Counted from the first letter of the stretch, positions 19,435-30,508 are shown. The stretch is DNA of 64,000 nt from Caldisericia bacterium (GCA_963674785.1 OY771555.1:640001-704000); one strand, 5' to 3'. Numbers and translations are program-made. Notes: generated from the letters alone by a model not told the origin.

Positions 19435-20748
19435 TCAGCTATCAAGTTTGGAGATGATGTCACCTACTGCTGTATCCATGGCATCATCCTTGTTTCGAAG
19501 TTGAGAAATCTTATCTCTTGCATACATAATTGTTGTATGATCTCTTCCCCCAAATTTTTCCCCAATCGCCTTTAATGACAGGTCTGTGAGTTCTCTTGCC
19601 AAATACATTGCAACCTGCCTTGGGATAGCAACGTCATTTGTCCTTTTCCTTGTGATAATATCATCTTTAGTAAGCTTGAAATAATTACAGACACTTTCAA
19701 TGATCTTATCAACAGTAATCCTCTTTGTGGTTTTAGGAATCATATCTTTAAGAACTTCACGGGCAGATGAAAGTGTTAGGTCCATGTTTTGTAGTGATGC
19801 TATTGCAACAAGCCTGATGAGTGAGCCTTCAAGTTCACGGATATTACTAAAGCCATGGCTTGCAACATAATTAATAACATCTTGGGGAACCTCAACATGC
19901 TCCTGATGTGATTTTTTCTCAAGAATTGCGATTCTTGTTTCAAGGTCAGGCGCTTGGATGTCCGCTTGAAGACCCATTTCAAATCTAGACTTTAATCTAT
20001 CTGTAACTCCCATGAGTTGTTTTGGTGGTCTATCTGATGTGAAGACTATTTGGCTACCAACATTATATAGTTCATTGAATGTATGGAATAACTCTTCCTG
20101 GGTTCTTTCCTTCCCCTTCAAAAACTGGATATCATCAATGAGCAGAACCTTGATGGTTCTATAGAATTTATGAAATTCATCGATTTTATTGTCCTTGATA
20201 GCTCTTACAACATCTGCTGTGAAGCTTTCCGTGGTTGTATATATCAAATCAGATGAAGGATGGTTTGAAAGAATCTCGTGTCCGATTGCTTGAAGAAGAT
20301 GGGTTTTACCAAGACCAACACCCCCATATATAAACAGTGGGTTATAGGCTTTTCCTGGATTTCTTGCGGATGCAAGGCATGCTGCGTGTGCAAATTTGTT
20401 GGAATTACCAATTACAAATGAGTCAAATGTGTATTTTGGATTTAGGAGTTGACCGTTTTTGGCAGCAATCGTTGTTTCCTCCTCAGGTGGCGGAGAGTTC
20501 AGCTTTTCTTCCTTTGAAACTACGAAAACAACGTCCATCTTTTGAGAGGTAATCTCTTCTGCGATGTCTTTTATCATCCCATAGTATTTAGATTGAATCC
20601 AGTCTTTTGCAAAGTCTGTTGCCACTGACACAACAACCCTGCCCTCTGATTCTGACACAAGTTTTGATGATGAAAACCACATTTCATAACTTGGGATAGA
20701 AACCTTTTCGCGTAATTTGTCCAACACCTCATTCCAAATATTATTCAT
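19435..20748 (-). CDS. dnaA: Chromosomal replication initiator DnaA
   Basis: LNPKYTFDSFVIG.SN, YNPLFIYGGVGLGKTHLL, LLIDDIQF, GGRDHTT. Confidence 0.99.
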   Translation of the reverse strand: MNNIWNEVLDKLREKVSIPSYEMWFSSSKLVSESEGRVVVSVATDFAKDWIQSKYYGMIKDIAEEITSQKMDVVFVVSKEEKLNSPPPEEETTIAAKNGQLLNPKYTFDSFVIGNSNKFAHAACLASARNPGKAYNPLFIYGGVGLGKTHLLQAIGHEILSNHPSSDLIYTTTESFTADVVRAIKDNKIDEFHKFYRTIKVLLIDDIQFLKGKERTQEELFHTFNELYNVGSQIVFTSDRPPKQLMGVTDRLKSRFEMGLQADIQAPDLETRIAILEKKSHQEHVEVPQDVINYVASHGFSNIRELEGSLIRLVAIASLQNMDLTLSSAREVLKDMIPKTTKRITVDKIIESVCNYFKLTKDDIITRKRTNDVAIPRQVAMYLARELTDLSLKAIGEKFGGRDHTTIMYARDKISQLRNKDDAMDTAVGDIISKLDS

Positions 20749-20756
20749 AACAACAT

Positions 20757-20784
20757 ATGTTATCTAATTGGATAGGCACGTCAA
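20757..20784 (-). promoter_or_regulatory. Putative sigma-70 promoter of dnaA (probably leaderless)
   Basis: TTGACG-16-TAACAT ending 8 nt before the ATG; no SD sequence. Confidence 0.45.
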
Positions 20785-20956
20785 CAGGGGATGATGAATT
20801 TTATGTATACTTTATTGTATAAAAATAATGTGCTTTGTATATTTTGTACACATGATGCGTGCTAATAACTCATATCAAGCTACAAATTATGGTTTGTCAA
20901 TTCCGAAGTCTGTGAAATTTCTGAAATATGGCTGTGAATCCAAAGCAGTTTATTTG

Positions 20957-20972
20957 TGGCACGTTAATTGCA
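20957..20972 (+). promoter_or_regulatory. Sigma-54 (-24/-12) promoter of giant protein 1
   Basis: TGGCACGTTAATTGCA is an exact match to TGGCACG-N4-TTGCW. Confidence 0.85.
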
Positions 20973-21228
20973 TGTATGTCGTGTGGTAAGTAGTGGTGCG
21001 TGGATGCACTTGCGGTTTGCACGCTCATTTCTGCCAATTTTACACAGAGATATTTATTCTTAAGTATCGGTTACATGGAGGCATATTGAATCACCTCCCT
21101 CTAGGGTGGTAGTTATTGTTATGTGGCCATACTGTGTGATTTATTGTTTTTTGGCATGGCTTATGGTCGGGATGGTAGGCGAACGACCGAAACCGTGCTT
21201 GGTTTGCAAATATGAAAGGAGATTGGTG

Positions 21229-24200
21229 ATGAAGAAGTCAATCAGCATTCTCGTGGCAATTTTGATGCTATTTACAGCATTTACCGCCACAACTCAATTC
21301 AGCACAGACGATGTGTTGGCAACAGACAATACAAATGCTGTATTTATTGCAGTAAGGTGGGCTCCAAATGGTAGAATTTGGAGTGGTGATCAGATCTACC
21401 CACCTGCAGGCGAGTCAGCCATGGAGGCAAGAAACTTTACCTCCGGTGGACACGTCGTTTCCTGGGGAAGACCAGGATTCCAGATGCCCGCAGGCGTACA
21501 CTGTTGGACAGAATTCTATCTCGATGTTGATGCAAACAGAGGTGAATCTCAGGAAAGCAATCACTGGTATGCAATCGTCGATACAGATGGAAATCTTTGG
21601 TTCGACAGAGATGGTCACTTCCATGATTCAAGATACTATACGTATGCTGATCCATGGACCGACAATTACCAGCAAGATCCAGCAAGAACAGACGACAATT
21701 GCAAGGATAACCCCTATGCAAGAGTCGACCCAATAACCTCAAACAACACACAGGGACCATACACCTTCCCACAGTACAACATCTCTGGAGCACTTAATCC
21801 AAATGATCCATTGGATGAGAATCCAGTGTACTTCATGGACAAAAATGTTGGCAGAACATTCCGTGTTGGATATGCAGATCTTGAAGCTCACAATCCAGGT
21901 TCAGTTGTCCAGGCTGATCCATATACCGGACAGAACCCATGGGATTATGGTCTTGATCTTGAGAGATTCCTTGATGGAAGAAATCCACAGAATCCAATGC
22001 CACCAGTCATGCAGGAGCCACCATGGGATTATGACGGTGCAGCCGGCCCAGCAATAAACACCTATGATGTCAATGAATATTTCTTTGACGGAGCACTTGA
22101 CACATGGAACTACGGTGAAGAATGGCACGCAGACAATGCCCCAGGTACCCGTGACACAACCGGACCAAACAACATGCATGAATACCTTTTCGGAGATTTC
22201 ATCTACAGAAAAGGTACTATTGATGCAGGTAATATTGTTACAGGTATGGACAGAAACGCTGGTGCAGATGCTGACTATCCACATATGTTTGGATGCACAA
22301 GGCTTACACCTGTTGTTGTCCCAACATCATGGGGAAGATATGTAAGATACCCAGCTGGCTCAGTCGTAGTTGACTCCAGATCAAATGGTGGAACACCAGG
22401 AACAAGAGACCCAGGCGACGACCTTGATGTTGGTCTTGCTGTTTATAGATTCCCACTCTCTGCAGACAACTTTGACCCTGCAGGAAATCCTCCAATGAAC
22501 CTCAACAATGCTTGGGGAAGCATCGGCTCAACAGTCCATCTTGAAGAGCCATGGGGATATGAAGAGCTTGAGTGGAATGGTGCAAACCCAGAACTCTTTG
22601 ATTATGCAGTTCAGCAGACACCAAACGGAAACGTTTCACTTTCAGAAGCCATCTACATGAAAGACACTGGCGGCTCCACAATCGACTTTACTGACAGAAG
22701 ACTCACAAACTGGGGATCTGGACAGATGTTCCTTGACAGAACAGATGTCACAGGATTCATTCAGCCAGGTGATGTTCTTATTCTCTCAGAAGTCCTTCGT
22801 GGCGGATGCGCAACACCAACATATGACATCTCTGTTGAAACAGACCTTTGGGAAGGAATGCTTCCATCTGTTACATCAGCAGCTCTCAGATCACCAAATG
22901 GTGAGATCACATATAGGGCACAGACAATCCAGAAATCAACAGTTCTTGGACAGGATCCAGATGATTTCGCGGTTCCAGCTTGCACCTTCGAGGGTGTTAA
23001 ACTTGACTATCGTGAATATCTCGGAGTTGAGATTTGGAAGGATGATGGTGTAAACAACATGCTCGACCTCGGTCAGCTTTTTGCAACCCCATCAACATAT
23101 GTCGCAACCGAATATAACAACACAGACGACTATCACGAAGGTGAAGTCAGTGAACTCTTTGTTGGTGCACAGGGATCAGAAGTTGATACCGATATTGGTC
23201 TTGGTCATGACACCCTCACAATGGGTAGACAGACTGCACCAACCAACATGGTTGTTCTTCCAATGTCAGACTTCTTCCAGCAGACAAGAAGACTCGACTT
23301 CAATGCTCCAAATGGTCCAGTGGGAGCCGGAACATATGGTGCAAATGGTCATCCATATTATAACCAGCTTGCTCCAAATGCAGAGCAGTATTTTGAAGTC
23401 AATCCAAACGGATTCGGTGCACCAGTAAGATTCTTTGATGTTCAGAATCCTGGTGGATATATGAGCGATGCTCTTGGACAGAATATCTATGGTTGTGGCG
23501 AAGCCCTCTATAGAGACATGGACTATCTCCTTCCATCAACAGCTGAAGGTGTTGGTGCATTCGAGATCTCAATGGGTGACATCAGACTTACTGAAGTCAC
23601 AGTTACCAGAATGGATCCAGCAACAAGCACTTCAACTGTCATCGTTTATCACAGAGACTCAGTTGTTGCCCCAGGTGACCAGGACGTAAACCTCTGGGCA
23701 GGATTTGGTGGATGGGATGCCTACAATGATATTCCTTGTGGTAATGACCTCTCACCATTTATGACCAACTATTATGATGGTTATATTATGGCTCACGAAG
23801 TTTATCCATGGTCAGCTGGAACAGTCATTTCCGGAAACTTCCAGCCAGTATGGCTTGACTGGGAACATGAAGACCCATACGACAACACAAAAGACATCGG
23901 AATGAACTACCGTTATGATGCAGGTGAGTTCATCTATGATGTTGGTTTCCTCTTTAGTAAGAATCAGGAAGACAAAGATCCAACAGACCCAGGTCTTGAA
24001 TTCCCAGGTGAAGATAACCTCTCATCATGGGCAAACCCATTTGGAACAGTTTCAGAGGGTTGGACAAGACTTACACCTGTCGAATACGGCGGAAGATATT
24101 ATCAATGTGGAACCCAGACTTCAATCACTGACGAGTGGATCAATACCATTCCAGTGCAGGGTATCACATATGGAAGAAACGGCAACAGACGTTACCTCGA

Positions 24201-27200
24201 CATGGAAGTTATTCCAGGTGACCCAGGAATCGTCGTTGAAACATCATCAAACCTTAAAGTTGAGCAGACAACCGAGTTCAGAGTTTCATTCGAATCAGGT
24301 GCTGAGCTTGTTGAGGGACATTGGGACGGTCCATCATGGGTTCCAGATGAAGTTGGATACGTAATCCTCCAGGGTAACGGTATTTTCTACGGTCCAGAAG
24401 GTGCAACATATCTTAATAATGTTCTTTATGAACTTACACCTGACAGACCAGAGGCAAGATTCCACTTTACACCATATCGTGGAAACTGTCTCACAAACCC
24501 ACCAGGTGATCCAGGCGACATGGTCGAACTCTTTGTTATCAGAGAAAAGGGCGGAGTTGTTCCTGCACCACCAGACGGATACTATGCTGACTACTTCTTT
24601 GAGAGATGGTACAAGAATGCTAATTATGATCTTGGACAGACACCATATCATTACATCCCAGCACTCGAGATTCCAGATGAGAACAGACTTCCATACCCAC
24701 CACTTCCAGACAACCTCAAGAACAACTATGACTGCTTCAAGAAAGTCCAGTACCAGGTAGAACCAGAAGAGCTTATCATCGAGTCAAACAAACTCTGTAT
24801 CACAACACTTGATCAGAGATTCCCAAACCTCGAGTTCACACTCTTTGATGCAGATAATGAGAATGATGTTAATGATCCAGCAAACATCCCATTCTCAATC
24901 CCATTTGATAACAACACAATTCAGCAGCCATTCCACACCAATATTGTAAACTACAACTGTCATGGTGGCGGAATTGACTTTATGTGTGTTGCTGCACCAG
25001 AAGATCCAACATATGTTAACGACCCATCAAATCACAAGTTCATCATTCAGTACAACCTTGATGGTACATATTTCTACTGGTACTGGTATGAACCAACAAA
25101 CTCCGCAACAATCAATAACCCACAGATTCCAGGTGCTCTTGATCCAAATGACGTAGTCATCGGTCAGGAATGGAACATGGGCTTCCCAATCGATCCAAAC
25201 ATGGATGTCAAGAGAACTCCAGTTATGGTCGAGGATAGAACCACAATTGATGATGTCGACTGTTCAAATGGCGCAACACTTTGTGATGTTTGTTACATCG
25301 ATGGCATGAGAGCAATTGGTGACATCACTGGTAAATACCATAACGAACTTCGTTCAGATAAACTTGGTATCTTTGATGGCACATTTGGTCACATCTATCA
25401 GTACGGTATCCCAACATATGTAACAGGATACGGACAGCTCACAGATGCAGATCAGGGCGGAACATGTCTTGCTCTTGCAAAACCAACCGATGGTTCAACA
25501 CACATGGAAGTAAGAATTTATTCTTACATGAACGTGTTTGACTATAACTCAACCATCGCACATCCAGAGCTTACAGATGGCGCTCCATACTTTGTTTATG
25601 ACAAAATGGGTGGAGAAATGCCGAGCTACGGAATCGACTACTGTGGAACACACGACATGAAGGTTTACCCACCAGATCCATACGTAAACTTCGCAGAATT
25701 CCACGTGATCGACCATGGTCTCCAGTTTAGTAAAGTTCATTACACAGCCGGTGCAAACACCGGTGGATATATTGGACCATTATCACCACTTCAGATCCCA
25801 ACCCCACAGATTATTGCTCCATACGATCCAATCCTTAGATACATCCCAACCGAATTCAGATGTTATCCTGGTGGACAGACCCACGCAGGTAGAGCAACTG
25901 GTCAGGTTTGGGGTAATTATGGCGGACCATTTGGTTGGAACGCATATCCAGCAATCTGGTCAAGACAGACAAAGAAAAATCTTCAGTACGAACAGTATGG
26001 AAAACTCGGAACTGAGTTCTTCCCACTCACAGACTATATGCTTCTCTTTGTACTCAAAGACGGTTCAGGAAGACATCTTTCCTTCGACCCAGACCATGAT
26101 CCAGACAGAAGAATCACAAGAATGGTTGTCTCAGGTCCATTTGCAAGACCAAAAGTTCTCAACAACATTACTGGTTCAGTTGTCGCACCATACGAATACA
26201 ACCAGATGACACAGGTTCCAATCCAGTATGACTTCTCAGGTAAGATTGTTATTGATGAAACAAACTGGACAGATTTCGAAATGGTCGAAGTCACTGAGAA
26301 CTTCAATGGTGATGCAGCAAACGAACCATATGCAGGTTACGGAAACATTCCAAACGAAAACGATCAGTACAGAGATCCAAACCCATTCATTGAAAAACTT
26401 GATAACCTTAACTTCGCATCAATTGGTTACATGAACCCAATCGGTGCAGGTCAGCACGAAAACACAGATAACGTATTCGTAATTGACGAACTTATCCCAT
26501 GGCAGCCAGGAAAAATCCTTGTTTACGTCACACTCTATGATGGAACATTCAAGATGTACCAGGATTGCTGTACCTCACCACCAACCGATGGTATCGATGT
26601 ACATGCACTTGGAATTGAATACACAATCTCAGAAGACGAAGAGATCAGACACATTCCACTTGGAATTGACAACAAACTTGAGATCAAACTCACAGAAGAG
26701 CAGCCATATCATAATGACATCGCTGAGGCTTCAATATTCTGCAACGACGCATACATTTATGTCTGGCAGGATAGAGGTGTCGCAAGAGCTGGTGAAGACT
26801 TCTACACAGGTGCAGGCGATGCTTGGGTAACAAACCCACCAGGTTCATCAAGATTCTACTATGGTAGAGATGATGGAAATGCAGCACAGTATGATGTTAC
26901 ATGGGACGACAACCCAATCGACATCAACGGTAACGGAATCGTTTCATTTGCAGAGCGCGAAACAGAGATCGTTGGATCATACAACATCGCAACAAACACA
27001 TGGAGCGGTGGACTTGTTGATGCAAGAACATTCCAGAGAAATAATGGTATCTATGTCTTTGAACTTACAGAAGACAACGGTTGCCAGGTAACAGATTCAG
27101 GTCTTGACTTTGGTGGTGAAGAGGGTGTTGGTGATGAGCCAGACCATATCATCTCCGATAAAGAACTCCTTCCACTTTATATTACAGCATACAAATACGG

Positions 27201-30200
27201 TGATGATAACGCAGACCGTGCATTCTCACCATATTGGGATCCAAGCCCACTTCAGGAAACATACCAGTCAGACAACGCTCCTGAAAACCAGATGAGATAC
27301 TCACACGAAGTTTACCTTGCAGGTCAGATGGCAATTCCAGTAGAGCCAGAAGACACACTTATTGTTAACCTTGCAAGTCCAAACAAACTTACCGCAGGTA
27401 TCACACCAGAACTTATCTCACCAGATACACCTCTCATGATTGAGGTCAAAGACGAGTTCGGTGCCCCAGTTGACCTTTCATATGGTATCGAAGATATAGA
27501 TGGTGAATTCATTGTCGAAGATGAAGATATTTGGAAATATCTCTTCAGAGATCCACATCCAGATAACAGATACTACTTCGGACAGGATGCTTCACTTCCA
27601 CAGTACTACTATCTCAGAACTGACCTTCACAACACAGACGAAACATATGCAAACAACGAAGAGCTTTACTCGGTAAGAACAATTGATTCAGCAACATGTG
27701 TTGAGTCAATGGCAATCCCATTCAGACCAATTGAAACAAACTTTAGCAATAAAGAAAACGGACAGTACATCTTCCGTGGATTCTGTGCCAATGACGTCAC
27801 CGTTTGGAAGGGTGAACCAGGCGATCCAGAAGAAGAAGAATGGCTTAAACAGCATCAGTTTGTTGTCTATGTCTACACACCAGACAGAACCCAGCGTGGA
27901 ACCCTCGTGATTGATATCGAGTCACCACAGGTTGAGTATGAAATTACAAACGTTGAAAACCTTGAAATGACTCAGATGTCACCAGGCGACCCAGACTTCG
28001 TCATGACAGCCGCTGACAACAGAGTTTACAAGATCAGAGCAACCGTTAAGGACGCAGAAGGTAGACTCGTTAAGGGTGTCACCAAGGGCGTTAGTGTTTG
28101 TGGTGGTGGTGTTAAGAGTACCGCAAGATTTACACCATTTGTCACAAGACCAGAGAGCTTTGAGTTTGACTTCTCACCATGCGAAGGTGCACCATGTGGC
28201 GAAAAAGTTTATCCACACATCGGATTTGACTTCAACGCTTCAGGTAAAACTGCAACACTTATCGATGACATCATCGAACCAGGTAACGAAGAATTCTACC
28301 AGATGGGTGGATTCTTCCTTAATTCAGATCTTTCATATCAGATTTGCCGTGACAGAACTGCATCAGGTTATGTTGAATACAACACAACAAACCACTGGTA
28401 TCAGTTCGACAACACATGGGAAACTGACTATGTCAACCCATCAGATCCATCCCACAAGGGTTGGGCAATCAACATGACACTTCCTCCAAACCTTGAGTTC
28501 CTTACAGAAGGAACAACCGAACCAGAGGTTAGAGGCTGGGGACTTGGTTCAATCTATAACTACGAGTGGTACACAGGTGCCCTCTTCACAGATGTTGATA
28601 GAAATGGAAACCTTGATTATCACGACTCACTTGGACTTGATGTCAACGCTCAGACAGAGTTCTATCTTTGGGCAGAAGACGTATTCAATGTCGGTGGACT
28701 TGTTGGTAGCAACGTTTACTGTAACAACCTCAATGAAGCTGACCTTGCTGGTTATCCACCAAGAGACAGAACAGACCCAAGAGAAATGCACAGAAGATTT
28801 AGATACACAGTATCTAATGACCAGACATTCTATCTTGACTGGGAAGCATGGCCAGATCATACAGCAGCAGTTAGAGCTCCATACATTGAAGTAAGACATG
28901 CAGACGACATGGATAGACCAGAATACAGCAAAGAAAAATTCTGGAATCCAGAAAACTACGACCTTGTTTACAATGTTCCAAACCACATGGTTTGCTTTGT
29001 GTATCCAGCTGACTACAAGACATCTCGCGATGAGTTCAGAGATGTTCCAATGCATAACGACGGAATTGTAATCTTTGTTGGTAACCAGCACGAGACAGTG
29101 ATCTTTGGTAAGACTCACGACTCAGACTTCGATCCAAATGCAAAAGAGACAACCAGTCACTACACCCCAACCGGAACCGGTGAAGGTACTCTTGAGATGT
29201 TCTACATGTCAAAGAACAAGTGGTATGTCCTCAACACCGAAGTTTGCTGCGAAGGCGAAATCAAACTTGATAACCCAGAGTACTACAGTGTTTACGTTCA
29301 GGATCTCGATGTCTACAAGGGACTTGCAATTGATGTCAAGACTCTTGAGCCACTCACTCCAAAAGCAACTGTAACACTTTACATCACAGTCACCGAAATG
29401 GGTGCAGGATATCCAATCAGTGGAGCAAATGTTAAAGTAAGCGGACAGGGACTTGATATCTCCAAGAGAACAAACTCCGAAGGTAAGGTAGAAATTGAAG
29501 TAGCACCAGCATCAACCGGATTCATCACAATCACAGCTGAAAGTGATGCAAACGGATCAGGTGAGGTCAGATTGATGGTCGGATCCGACAAGACCCCACC
29601 AATGCTCGTTGTTGACCCACCAGCACCAGTTACCAATAAGAAAGAGATTTCTGTAACAGGTACAACAGATGCAGGTGTCGTTGTTACAATCAACGGCAAC
29701 AAAGCAACTGTCAAAGCTGATGGAACATTCACAGGCAAAGTTAACCTTCAGCCAGGTAAAAACCCAATCACTGTCGTTGCAAAAGATGGTTCTGGTAACA
29801 TGACAACAAAGACTGTCTATACAACACTTGATACTGAGCCAGCATCAGTTCTTCTTGAGACAAAAGGTCCATTCTACAATGCAGATCCAGCAGAAGCAGT
29901 AACTCTCAAGGGTCGCGTTGAGGAAGGATGCACCGTTGTCCTTAAAGATAGCAGCGGCGGAAAAGTTGCCGACGCTTCAGTTGTTCATGATCATTTTGAA
30001 GTAGATGTTAAACTCAAAGCTGCACCAAGCAAAAATGAGTTTGTAATCGAGGCAACTGACCCAGCAGGTAATGTAACATCTTCACCATTTGTCATTGAAA
30101 ATATCGAGAGAATCGAAATTGCTGTTGTTGCTGGTAAAGCTGGCGTCACAGTCAATGGTGAACTCAAGACACTCCCAGAAGCAGTTCAGACAAACAATGT

Positions 30201-30477
30201 CGCACCATATCAGCTCTTTGAGTATCTTGGTGCAGTCCCAACCGCAAACAACGCTTCCGGAGTTGTTGAGATTAAACTCAATGGAACAACAATCACTGTT
30301 AATGTTGGTTCAACAGAAGCAACAGTTGACGGTAAAACTGTCGATATCGCAATAGCACCAACAAAAGGTAATTCAAGCATTTTGGTTCCAGTAAGAACCA
30401 TAGCAACTGCCCTCGGCATCACAACATGGATTGGTGACGACGGTACAACTCTCTACCTTAGATACGACAGACACTAA
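21229..30477 (+). CDS. Giant secreted surface protein 1 (~3082 aa) with C-terminal Ig-like domains and divergent stalk/Cu-amine-oxidase-N domain
   Basis: AAAGGAGA RBS before ATG 21229 (MKKSISILVAILMLF signal peptide); colinear paralog of 46458-55934; DKTPP.L.VDPP...TN Ig modules; strong codon bias. Confidence 0.9.
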   Translation: MKKSISILVAILMLFTAFTATTQFSTDDVLATDNTNAVFIAVRWAPNGRIWSGDQIYPPAGESAMEARNFTSGGHVVSWGRPGFQMPAGVHCWTEFYLDVDANRGESQESNHWYAIVDTDGNLWFDRDGHFHDSRYYTYADPWTDNYQQDPARTDDNCKDNPYARVDPITSNNTQGPYTFPQYNISGALNPNDPLDENPVYFMDKNVGRTFRVGYADLEAHNPGSVVQADPYTGQNPWDYGLDLERFLDGRNPQNPMPPVMQEPPWDYDGAAGPAINTYDVNEYFFDGALDTWNYGEEWHADNAPGTRDTTGPNNMHEYLFGDFIYRKGTIDAGNIVTGMDRNAGADADYPHMFGCTRLTPVVVPTSWGRYVRYPAGSVVVDSRSNGGTPGTRDPGDDLDVGLAVYRFPLSADNFDPAGNPPMNLNNAWGSIGSTVHLEEPWGYEELEWNGANPELFDYAVQQTPNGNVSLSEAIYMKDTGGSTIDFTDRRLTNWGSGQMFLDRTDVTGFIQPGDVLILSEVLRGGCATPTYDISVETDLWEGMLPSVTSAALRSPNGEITYRAQTIQKSTVLGQDPDDFAVPACTFEGVKLDYREYLGVEIWKDDGVNNMLDLGQLFATPSTYVATEYNNTDDYHEGEVSELFVGAQGSEVDTDIGLGHDTLTMGRQTAPTNMVVLPMSDFFQQTRRLDFNAPNGPVGAGTYGANGHPYYNQLAPNAEQYFEVNPNGFGAPVRFFDVQNPGGYMSDALGQNIYGCGEALYRDMDYLLPSTAEGVGAFEISMGDIRLTEVTVTRMDPATSTSTVIVYHRDSVVAPGDQDVNLWAGFGGWDAYNDIPCGNDLSPFMTNYYDGYIMAHEVYPWSAGTVISGNFQPVWLDWEHEDPYDNTKDIGMNYRYDAGEFIYDVGFLFSKNQEDKDPTDPGLEFPGEDNLSSWANPFGTVSEGWTRLTPVEYGGRYYQCGTQTSITDEWINTIPVQGITYGRNGNRRYLDMEVIPGDPGIVVETSSNLKVEQTTEFRVSFESGAELVEGHWDGPSWVPDEVGYVILQGNGIFYGPEGATYLNNVLYELTPDRPEARFHFTPYRGNCLTNPPGDPGDMVELFVIREKGGVVPAPPDGYYADYFFERWYKNANYDLGQTPYHYIPALEIPDENRLPYPPLPDNLKNNYDCFKKVQYQVEPEELIIESNKLCITTLDQRFPNLEFTLFDADNENDVNDPANIPFSIPFDNNTIQQPFHTNIVNYNCHGGGIDFMCVAAPEDPTYVNDPSNHKFIIQYNLDGTYFYWYWYEPTNSATINNPQIPGALDPNDVVIGQEWNMGFPIDPNMDVKRTPVMVEDRTTIDDVDCSNGATLCDVCYIDGMRAIGDITGKYHNELRSDKLGIFDGTFGHIYQYGIPTYVTGYGQLTDADQGGTCLALAKPTDGSTHMEVRIYSYMNVFDYNSTIAHPELTDGAPYFVYDKMGGEMPSYGIDYCGTHDMKVYPPDPYVNFAEFHVIDHGLQFSKVHYTAGANTGGYIGPLSPLQIPTPQIIAPYDPILRYIPTEFRCYPGGQTHAGRATGQVWGNYGGPFGWNAYPAIWSRQTKKNLQYEQYGKLGTEFFPLTDYMLLFVLKDGSGRHLSFDPDHDPDRRITRMVVSGPFARPKVLNNITGSVVAPYEYNQMTQVPIQYDFSGKIVIDETNWTDFEMVEVTENFNGDAANEPYAGYGNIPNENDQYRDPNPFIEKLDNLNFASIGYMNPIGAGQHENTDNVFVIDELIPWQPGKILVYVTLYDGTFKMYQDCCTSPPTDGIDVHALGIEYTISEDEEIRHIPLGIDNKLEIKLTEEQPYHNDIAEASIFCNDAYIYVWQDRGVARAGEDFYTGAGDAWVTNPPGSSRFYYGRDDGNAAQYDVTWDDNPIDINGNGIVSFAERETEIVGSYNIATNTWSGGLVDARTFQRNNGIYVFELTEDNGCQVTDSGLDFGGEEGVGDEPDHIISDKELLPLYITAYKYGDDNADRAFSPYWDPSPLQETYQSDNAPENQMRYSHEVYLAGQMAIPVEPEDTLIVNLASPNKLTAGITPELISPDTPLMIEVKDEFGAPVDLSYGIEDIDGEFIVEDEDIWKYLFRDPHPDNRYYFGQDASLPQYYYLRTDLHNTDETYANNEELYSVRTIDSATCVESMAIPFRPIETNFSNKENGQYIFRGFCANDVTVWKGEPGDPEEEEWLKQHQFVVYVYTPDRTQRGTLVIDIESPQVEYEITNVENLEMTQMSPGDPDFVMTAADNRVYKIRATVKDAEGRLVKGVTKGVSVCGGGVKSTARFTPFVTRPESFEFDFSPCEGAPCGEKVYPHIGFDFNASGKTATLIDDIIEPGNEEFYQMGGFFLNSDLSYQICRDRTASGYVEYNTTNHWYQFDNTWETDYVNPSDPSHKGWAINMTLPPNLEFLTEGTTEPEVRGWGLGSIYNYEWYTGALFTDVDRNGNLDYHDSLGLDVNAQTEFYLWAEDVFNVGGLVGSNVYCNNLNEADLAGYPPRDRTDPREMHRRFRYTVSNDQTFYLDWEAWPDHTAAVRAPYIEVRHADDMDRPEYSKEKFWNPENYDLVYNVPNHMVCFVYPADYKTSRDEFRDVPMHNDGIVIFVGNQHETVIFGKTHDSDFDPNAKETTSHYTPTGTGEGTLEMFYMSKNKWYVLNTEVCCEGEIKLDNPEYYSVYVQDLDVYKGLAIDVKTLEPLTPKATVTLYITVTEMGAGYPISGANVKVSGQGLDISKRTNSEGKVEIEVAPASTGFITITAESDANGSGEVRLMVGSDKTPPMLVVDPPAPVTNKKEISVTGTTDAGVVVTINGNKATVKADGTFTGKVNLQPGKNPITVVAKDGSGNMTTKTVYTTLDTEPASVLLETKGPFYNADPAEAVTLKGRVEEGCTVVLKDSSGGKVADASVVHDHFEVDVKLKAAPSKNEFVIEATDPAGNVTSSPFVIENIERIEIAVVAGKAGVTVNGELKTLPEAVQTNNVAPYQLFEYLGAVPTANNASGVVEIKLNGTTITVNVGSTEATVDGKTVDIAIAPTKGNSSILVPVRTIATALGITTWIGDDGTTLYLRYDRH

Positions 30478-30508
30478 TTATTCTTAAGTAAACAATCTTA
30501 GGACTTAT

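Noticed and set aside
21106-21228. N-terminal extensions of the giant ORFs (also 46386-46457, 36128-36166, 38259-38297, 40536-40613)
   Set aside because: Strong RBS and signal peptides define downstream ATGs; the extensions run through UTR, REP or neighbouring-gene sequence.
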